Below the pieces are notes generated by a model. It made no database searches and was not told the DNA's origin. It was given only the letters and a program-made list of their open reading frames with translations. From NCBI GenBank assembly GCA_037447605.1, contig CM074817.1, positions 1-64,000 of the forward strand: a stretch of DNA of 64,000 bases, read 5' to 3'. The first letter of the stretch is position 1; each line of letters starts with the position of its first letter. The DNA comes from Zygnema circumcarinatum SAG 698-1b. Taxonomy: Eukaryota > Plantae > Zygnematophyceae. Below are positions 62,131 through 64,000 of this stretch, piece after piece. The position numbers were made by a program, and so were the translations under genes.

Positions 62131-63937
62131 TCAGCCTCCGCCTTCTTCCTCCTCCAGGTCATCCTCTAAGGGAATCTCATCCGGATCTGCCAACGGTTCA
62201 CTTTTGGCGCGTTCCATCTCGTCCACATCGTCAAGTACCGAGTCGTCCTCTGATTGGCCGGACTCCCTCATTGGCGGCTTCCATCCAGCCTCTGCTAAGC
62301 ACACAAATGGAGGAAAAGAAAAAAAACAGATAGTCAGTTTTCTGAGCAAAAAGGGGGAACATTCGTTTTTTGGGGGTGTAGGGGAAGGACAGCAGAAGGT
62401 TCAACAAATGAGGTTTACCAGATCCACTCGGTGGACTCGTGTCAAGTGTGAACGGCAGCTCGAGCAGGTTCAAAAAAGCTTCTGTCTGCGGGTTCTTAAC
62501 GCCACCTGGCAGAAAATTCAACAACATACGTCGATTTCAAAAGAAAAAAAACAGATAACCTTTGACTAAAAGTCGGCAAACCACTCTTGAATAAAGTACA
62601 AGTGTGTAGGATTGGAACGAACTTGGCTTACTGAATGCTGCAGGAAATCCTCCTCTTCCTCCTGTTCTCCGTTGCGGATCGTACAACGGAACTGTAACAC
62701 AGAAATTGTTGGGAACAACGGCGCTCCGTTGTGACAGCTGGCACTTTACCCACTCCCTATGACTCTCCACATCAATCGGAACCTTCCTGGAAACACCCCA
62801 ATTTCCTTCCACTAAAAATTCAGTATACCCCATAAGATATGGAGAAAGCAAGATAATGTCTTGTACATTGGCTGTCAGAAACAGAGACGGAGCAAAGGAA
62901 AAAGGGTCCAATTCAGAAAGATTTTTTTCGGGCAGGAAAAAGAAGTTTTTCATCTTACGGATATTGGGCAGGAGCCCTGGAAAGAGGCATGAATGGATGG
63001 TATGCTCGAGTGATTGCCAGCCATTCCTCGTCATATGAAAATTCTAACGGACCGTCGACATTAGGAAAATCAACGACCTATCCAGAAAGAGCAAAACCCA
63101 AATTTTAAAAAAAGTTCGAAAAAAAAAGTTTGGGTCTAGTTAAGAATGTATACTTGCCTTTTGGTGGCAATGATTAAACAGAGAGATAAAACTGAAGTTG
63201 AAAATTTTCATGGAAAAGTGAAGGAAGAGGAAAAGGGGACGAGGGGCGTACTTGCAAAAAATGTTTTCTGGGCAGGCATTTGTCGAGGGCTAGAAATTTT
63301 GTGGTCTGCCCGCTGCTATGTTGAACAAGGGCTGCAAATTTGACATGGAGATGGGCCGCGAACCAATAGGAGGGCTGCAGACTGGTCAGCAGCTTCATGC
63401 TAGGAGCACTTCCCAGAATGTTTTTTTGCACCTGCCCGACGCCACGGCTCATTTCAGAAAAAAATTTCTTACCTTTCAAAACTGACATAAAATAATGACG
63501 AGAGCAAGTGGAGATGCGATTCCTCGCTCTCTCTCTCCCTCTCTCGCCCTCTTTCTTTCTCTCTCCTTCTCGCCCCCTCTCTCTCTCTCTCTCGCCCTCT
63601 TTCTCTCTCTCTCTCGCCCTCTTTCTCTCTCTCTCGCTCGCCCTCTTTCTCTCTCTCTCTCTCTCCCTCTTTCTCTCTCCCTCTCTCGCCCTCTTTCTCT
63701 CTCTCTCTCCCCCCCCCTCTCTTCGTTCAGGCCTCCAGCTTACTTCGTCTCGAAAAAATGGTTTCCTCTGTAGTAGCTCCCGCTGGTTGCCGTGTGCCGT
63801 TACCCCTCTCGGCCAATCGTGTGACAGCATCACATCCAACGGTTCTCGCACTTCTAGAAGCTTCCGAACCTCGTACTCGCGAATGTGATAAACGGATCTC
63901 ATGTCGGAATTGTTGTACGGAGGCCGTTCAAAATGAC
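62131..63937 (-). CDS. DBR1: Lariat debranching enzyme, 3' part (5' exons beyond the window)
   Basis: Exons 63937-63744 (GHFERPPY...RSVYHIRE...LSHDWPRG), 63431-63252 (LGSAP...[13 protein letters not shown]...[16 protein letters not shown]) and 63077 onward ([10 protein letters not shown]). NPQTEAF and an acidic C-terminus end at 62131. Confidence 0.93.
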
Positions 63938-64000
63938 CTGTTCCATGTAAAGAGATTCCCGTTAGGCACTTTAGTCAACCAGTGACCAAAGGTTCTCAAA

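Overview
Eukaryotic plant-lineage genomic DNA with GT-AG introns, GA/CT microsatellites and TTTAGGG-like boxes. Gene content and style suggest a streptophyte alga such as Closterium; this is inference only. The scaffold has nine 10-N placeholder gaps and one 182-N gap. The window is dominated by a diverged tandem segmental duplication: unit 1 spans <1-~34490 and unit 2 spans ~34490-55325. Each unit carries a CCR/DFR-like reductase gene (-), a large LRR gene (+) built from 72-nt symmetric exons, and an unidentified minus-strand gene region. Unit 1 is loaded with nested transposons that unit 2 lacks: a pogo/Tigger element containing copia-1, a TA-flanked MITE, copia-2 with a CRE-like non-LTR element inside its 3' LTR, an 8-bp-TSD MITE, and copia-3 in an LRR intron. 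Present only once in the window are a 3'-truncated PLAC8 gene, an F-box/kelch gene, an atypical hybrid histidine kinase (TM-HisKA-REC with no recognisable HATPase), and the 3' part of DBR1. The most notable signals are LRR exon-cassette shuffling in a two-module LRR-EGF-like gene, Gag starting inside the LTR in three different copia families, and the HATPase-less kinase.
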